Shown: positions 57,850 to 64,000 of the stretch, in pieces | Numbering within the stretch: position 1 is the first letter of the stretch | Layout of the letters: every line of letters starts with the position of its first letter | Assembly (NCBI RefSeq): GCF_009914755.1 | Contig: NC_060932.1 | Strand: one strand, 5' to 3' | DNA: 64,000 nt | DNA from: the human T2T-CHM13v2.0 reference genome, Homo sapiens | Notes under the pieces: generated by a model | What the model was told of the DNA's origin: nothing | The model's input: only the letters and a program-made list of their open reading frames with translations | Databases searched by the model: none | Translations under genes and position numbers: made by a program

Positions 57850-58473
57850 TTATAGTTATTTCTATAATTCCACCCCGCCACGCAGACCCATCGAGAGTCT
57901 TCCCAGGAAGCAAAAATAATCCTTTAGTCCAAAGGCACCCCTCTGGAAGTCCTCACCCCATTTTGAGCCATGACTTGCTGGCTTTCATGCCAGGAAGAAG
58001 AGTTACTGTTAATAACTTGTCCTACACATATGAACCATTGGGAAAACACTTCAGAGTTTCAGAATGCTGTTATCATAATCTGCATCATCATCATCGTCAT
58101 CATTATTAACTCGGGAAAGTTAACAGCATTTTTAGCTATCCTTTGCGGAACCAATTTTCTGAAGAAAATATTCCTAGATTTACTTCAGGATTGAATGAGG
58201 TTTTAGCATGCCAACAGCAAGAGAGAGTTGGCATGAGCATGAGTAGAGGTTTAGCAGGGTGGGGGAAGTAAAAACTAGGAATACGTAAAACAAGTAGACA
58301 ATAATCAATAACAACTATTATTTATATAATAAACACTCAATGATATCAATATTTATATCAATGACCAAATTTTTTTAACTTCATTTTTAAAAATTATCAT
58401 ACAGTAAAATCAACCTTTTTTTGGTACATAATGGTATGAAGTTTAATACAGTATGGATTCATGTAACCACTAC

Positions 58474-59268
58474 GGTAACCACACCAGATCAATCTGGCTC
58501 AACTTTTTTTTTTTTTTTGAGCCAAGAGTCCCACTCTGTCACCCAGGCTGGAGTACAGTGGTGCAATCTTGGCTCACTGCAACCTTCGACTCCCAGGTTC
58601 AAGCGATTCTCTTGCCTCAGCCTCCCGAGCAGCTGGGATTGCAGTAGGTGCCCACCAGCATGCCTGGCTAATTTTTTTTTTTCATACTTTAGTAGAGACG
58701 GTGTTTCGCCATGTTGGCCAGGCTGGTCTCGAACTCCTGACACAGGTGATCCGCCCGCCTCGGCCTCCCAAAGTGCTGGAATTACAGGTTTGCGCCACTG
58801 TGCCCAGCCACTGGCTCAACTTTTATGCAACAATGTTGTGAGTTGTTTTTCATTTGCCATAGACCCCCAGGATGAAGGTCATGTAACCTGAGCATGCCCA
58901 GATGAACCAAGTGTGCAATCACAGGGGGAACCTAAGTGCCCAGACTGAGGAGCAGAGACTGAATTAAGAAGCAGACACTGCATGTCAGGATCCAGGATCC
59001 AATCAGATCGAGCTCTGGCATTGCCCCACGGTCGATAGCAGGATCCAGTCAGATCATGCCTCCCAGCATCACTTCATTGCAAGATCCAACCAGATCACAC
59101 CTCATTACCCTATGTTTATAAAACCTGACCCAAACCCAGCTTGGGGAGACACACTGGGGCATTTCCTCCTGTCTCCTTGCCAAATAAAGAATTTTTGCTC
59201 AAAAGTGAGTGCCATGGTATTCACCTCTGTGTACATCAGGCAGCAAGCCCATTGATTTCTCGGTAACA
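58474..59268 (+). mobile_element. ERV1 solo LTR (LOR1-like), containing an Alu
   Basis: gtaaccacaccagatcaatctgg...ctcggtaaca; repeated gatccaatcagatc; tataaaa and aataaa; 4-bp TSD ctac at 58470-58473 and 59269-59272. Confidence 0.8.
58508..58809 (-). mobile_element. AluSx
   Basis: Full dimer; TSD ctggctcaactttt at 58494-58507 and 58811-58824. Confidence 0.95.
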
Positions 59269-60710
59269 CTACCACAGTCAGGATGCAGAATAATTCTATC
59301 ACTCCAGAAAAATTCCCTTAGGCTGCCCATTAGTAGTCACATCCTCCCCTCACCCATATCCTTGGGCCACTGATCAGTTCTCTATCACTATAGCTTTGTC
59401 TTTTAGAGAATGTCACATAAATGGATCATACAATGCATAACCTTTTGAGAATGACTTCCTTCACTCTGCATAGTGCTTTTGAGATGCATCCAAGTTGTTG
59501 CATGTATTAATTGTTTTCTCCTTTTCATTGCTGAGTAGTATTCCATTGTATGTATGCACCACAGTTTATGCATTCACTTGTTGAAAGATATTCGGGTTGT
59601 TTTTAGACAATTGAGAGTAGAGCTGCTATAAATATTTGTGTACAGATTTTTTTTATGCACACATTTTCATTTCTCTAGGGTAAATACCTAGGAGTGGAAT
59701 TGCTGAGTCATATGATAAACCTATATTTAACTTTATATGGAAGCATCAGCATAGCTTGACTATTTTGCATTCTCATCAGCTATGTCTGAGAGTTCTGGTT
59801 GTTCTGTATCCTTCCCAGCACTTGGTATTGTCAGTATTTTTTTATTTTGACCATTCTACTTGGTATGTAGCAATACCTCATTGTGATTTTGATTTGCATT
59901 TCCTTAATGGTTAAAGATGTTGGGTATCTTTTCATTTGCTTATTTGCCATCCATATGTCCACTTTAGTGAAGTATCTGTTTGTCTTTCCTGGCTTTTAAT
60001 TGATTTGTTTGTTTTCTTACTGTTGATTTTGAGGATTCTTATATATTCTAGATATTAAGTCATTTGCAGGATATTTAATTTACCAATGTTTTCTCCCAGT
60101 CTACAGCTTGTCTTTTCGTTCTCTTAACAGTACATTTCAAGGGTAAAAAGTTTTGATGAAGTCTAATGTATGATTGTTTTCTTTTATGAGTCATTCCTTT
60201 ATGTCTAAGAATTAACCCCATGTTATAGTTTTGCCTGTGTTCTTTTTTTAAAAGTTTTATAGTTTTAGATTTTTCATATAGATCTTTGAAAGATCTTTGT
60301 GTAAGATAAGCTTTGTGTAAGATATAAAGTTAGGTCAAGGCTCATTTTTTTTGTTTATGAATGTCCAATTGTTCCAACACCATTTGTTGGAAAAGATCAT
60401 CCTTTCTCCATTGAATTGCTTTTGCACCTGTGTAAAAAATCAATTGGATATATTGAAGTGGCTCTATTTCTGGACTCTCTATTCTGTTCCATTGATTTGT
60501 GCATCTATATTCCTTCATCAATACCCTCATTTCTTGGTTACTGTAGCTTAATGATAAGTTTTAAAATCAAATTGTGTGATTCTTCCAACTGTATTCTTCT
60601 TTCTCAAAATTCAACTCGTTCTCAATGAGCTTTTGCTATGATTCCAACATCATGACAAGCACTTTACATGCATGATCTCATTTAATCTTCACAACAAACC
60701 TTTGAGGATA

Positions 60711-61075
60711 TGTGTCAGTTCAGGCTCACCAGAAAGCAGGTGGATTTAGAAGTGCGATGGATTTATTGGGAGGAATGGCTGTGGAGGATAAAGAGAAGAG
60801 GGAGCTGGTCTAACAGGGAAATATTTCAGATGTGAGGCTGGTCTGACCCCAGCAAAAGGAGAAGGGAAGGAAAGAGGCTTGAGTAAGAAGAGACTTAGTC
60901 TGTAGTTTAGCTCTGAGAAAGTCTCAGCCAAGGTTATGGGGGAATTCCAGAGCAAAAGTTTCCCAGTAGAGGTGTCCCATTTTGGGCAGAAATCACCAGG
61001 CTCTTCTACTCCACTGTGCTAGTCATTGGCTTGGAGAAGTCTGGGAAAAGTGTGGCCTCAGTGTGAATGCTGCAC
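60711..61075 (-). mobile_element. LTR16-family ERVL LTR
   Basis: tgtgtcagttcagg...gatttattggga...tctgagaaagtctcagcca; similar to 21786-22243. Confidence 0.75.
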
Positions 61076-61268
61076 AGGAATTAAAATAGCGACTCTAACT
61101 ATTATTTCCCCAAATGCAAATTTCACCTTATGATTAGATTTAACTATACTATAACAAACATGTATATAGTTTGAATCCTTCCATGCTCAAAAATGAGTAT
61201 GTCAAGGTTTATAGAGTTACAAGTTTTACAGCAGTTTTCTGCTCTGGCAAGACCCAAATATTCATATG

Positions 61269-61546
61269 CAGTCAGCCCCCCATATACATGAGTTCCACAT
61301 CTGCAGATTAAACAAACTGGGGGTTGAACATATTTGGAAAAAAAAAAACAATAAAAATGATAAAAACAGAAAACAATATAGTATAACAACTATTTAAATT
61401 GTATTATATTTTATACGTAATCTAGAGTGATTTAAAGTATACGGAAGGGTATGCATAGGTTGTATGCAAATACTACATTATCATTTTATGTAAGAGATTT
61501 GTGCATGCATAGATTTTGGTATCCGTGGGGAATTCTGGAACCATTG
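61269..61546 (-). mobile_element. MER2-family TcMar-Tigger, truncated at one end
   Basis: taatctagag.tgatttaaagtatacgg; tatgcaaatactac; gattttggtatccgtgggg. Confidence 0.85.
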
Positions 61547-62869
61547 TCGCTCAATATAGTGTTTTTGTGATGGAATTTAGATTCATTTCCCTGGACAGAG
61601 GCAGGGAACTGGACTTGGAATCTTTTTCTTGCCCTAGCTCCTTGTTAATGGATGTTTCTTGCTTTGATATTATTGCTCTTTCCCCTTCTTCCTTTCTTAT
61701 CCCACTCTATAAATTTCTTCAGAGATCAAAGTCATCATCCACTCATGTCCTCCTGTCTGGTTAACAGAGGCCAGCTGTCTTCTGCTTTATTAAAATACCA
61801 CATTCAGGATCTCTATAAGCAATGATCCCATTTAGCATCTGTAATAAAGTGCTATATCATTGCATAGATGAGGCCTTTCTGCAAAGCCTGTCGCTGACTG
61901 ACAAATGTTTCACTGCACCCTGATGCTGTAGGCGCATCCCCTTTGAACATTCTGAGGCATCCCTTTGTACAAGATATTTTTAGTGTGTCCTTACTAAACA
62001 TGTATACTGACAAGCAACTGGCAGATTGAGAACATTTCTCCATTGATTTTTTTCACTGATTTTTCTATTATTTAAGAAAAGAAACAGTGATAAATTAAAA
62101 AGGTATTCATTTTAGTAATAACAATAACATTGACTTAAATGTATATAGTTTTCTTTACTCCAGAATGTGCTTCCTTCTTTGAATCCTGATATGTATGGGA
62201 GGGAGGCAGGGCCAGTGTTATCACCTCCCTTTTTACAGATGAGAGCAGTATTGCCCAGAAAGCTAGTGGGAAATCCAAGGCTTGAATCATGTGCCCTCTT
62301 CTCTACACACAAAAGCCTGTATACAGCATCATAATATGTAAACATAGAAGATATACAAACCGTTAAAAAAGGAAATCATTGACAGAAGGTTTTGAGTGTT
62401 TGTGAACATGGAACATGCTAGGCATACACATGTTTATGTAGGAGCCCAACCACCCACGTTAATAAGAGAGTGACCCAGAGACCATTCACTCCCTGAATGA
62501 AAGAATGAATGAATGAACGAATAAATGAGTGAATGAATGGAGGGCCTGCCCCAGACCTGAGCAAAGCAGCCACGTCCAGCATAGGGGCTCAGAGGGCAAC
62601 CACAGGGTTCTGCCATTTTGAGAATATGTCTTTCTGTGTCATAATCTCACTTGCCCTGAAAGCCCTGCCAGGAAGCCTCTACTAACAGGCAGATAGTGGA
62701 GTACAGTGTTTTCCCTGGGCCTGGACAAAATACACTTTTATGTTCTGGAAGGAAATAGAGATGGTGGGTCAGCCTTTGCAGTGAGCACATTTAAGCCCAT
62801 TGAATTCATCAGGAAAATGTATTGATTTCCTTCTATTCTTCCTCCTGCATTACCACTCTCATCGTTTAA

Positions 62870-63800
62870 CTTACCATGTTGTCTGTCAGTCTCCTTCATC
62901 ATTTAGTGAGCAACATGATTATAGGAACACACTCATTCATCTTTATATTCTAAAGTGCCTATTACAGTTCCTGGCGTAGTTGGCACTCATTAAGCCATTG
63001 TCCAAATGAAGGAATGAGAACTATACGCTAAGCATTAGGGCTAGGTTTTCTAGCATTCAGGTAAGGAGGAGGAGGATGTTATCAGTTAACATTTATCAGC
63101 ATGTATTATATGCCAGCAACCCTGCTACTTTTTTTTTATATACACAATCATATTGAACTCTCATACTAACCCTTATGAGTTAGGAATTTTTACTAGTCAC
63201 ATACACATATTAGGAAATTCAGATTTATTGGAATTAAATAATCTGCCTAAGATCACACAGTGAATATGTGGCAGAATTCTGTCTGTTGGACTCCAGGAAG
63301 CACAGTCTTAATTTCTATGTTATTCTTCTGGCCATACTGTCCAGTCTAGAAAGCTGATACATGGTCCACACCTTGATCTTTCAAAGGGGACAAAAAAGAT
63401 TCCCTGGAAAATCTCAGCACCAAATCACCTTAGCTATGGGGGTAAATCTTAAATAGAAGGCAGAGTGCCATATTCAAGGAATTTATAGCTGTAATAAGCA
63501 GATGAGACTACCACACACATTAGAGAGAGAGGGAATATGAAATTGTCTAGATGTTCACTGATTTATGTAGACAGTCATATCTTTATGAGTTGGTGAATGT
63601 ACTCTGTATGCCCCACACTATGCTACATGCCTCACATCTATTATCCTAATAATCCTTCCAAGGACCTTTAAAAAATGTGTATTATTCTGTATTTACAAAT
63701 GGAGAAAATGGAATTAGGAAAAGTAAGTAATTTGCCTTAAATTGCAGAACTAAGAATACATGGTGGATTTGGGCTTCCAAGCCAGGCCATGTGATTGCAG
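62870..63800. mobile_element. L2 3' end (about 62870-63020) and MIRs (about 63085-63320, 63590-63800)
   Basis: acagttcctggc...aatgaaggaatga; aacatttatcagcatgtattatatgccag; tgcctaagatcacacag. Confidence 0.6.
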
Positions 63801-64000
63801 AACCCAGATTGTACAACTCATTCTCTCTGCACTCTGAACCCAGAATGGCAGACAATGATGCCATAAGATGAGAGTGTCTCCAAAATATGCTGTTAAATGT
63901 AGACATCTTTGTGAAAAATGAGAATCCTTAGCAAAGACTCATAGATCTGATATAGATTAGCTTTTTTGGTTAGCTAGTAATTCAGTCAGTATATTAATGG

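Larger units (their letters stand above)
58385..60605 (-). mobile_element. L1MC/MD 3' portion, interrupted by an ERV1 LTR
   Basis: ORF 60342-60530(-) is L1 ORF2-like (QWNRIESPEI...GAKAIQWRKDDLF); the 3'UTR resumes at 59269. Confidence 0.85.

Overview
Human genomic DNA. A near-consensus AluYa5, a human-specific subfamily, is present. The window is intronic or intergenic and dominated by interspersed repeats. I see no protein-coding exon I can recognise; the supplied ORFs are Alu/L1/LTR-derived or chance. Contents: about 19 Alus (J, S, Y, Ya5), several L1s (L1MC, L1ME-like, L1MA, L1MB, L1PA8-like, L1PA16-like), a full-length THE1D provirus, solo LTRs (LTR12, THE1, MST, MLT1, MLT2, LTR16, LOR1-like), DNA transposons (MER82, MER1B, MER3, MER5A, MER2, MER53), and MIR/L2 remnants. 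The most notable structure is an ancient U6 snRNA/L1MA chimeric retrocopy of about 5.6 kb inside one TSD pair, with a scrambled templated junction. Several other templated-insertion repair scars and a possibly polymorphic AluYa5 also occur. I found no convincing new biological system. Subfamily names come from recalled consensus sequences and need RepeatMasker/Dfam confirmation.
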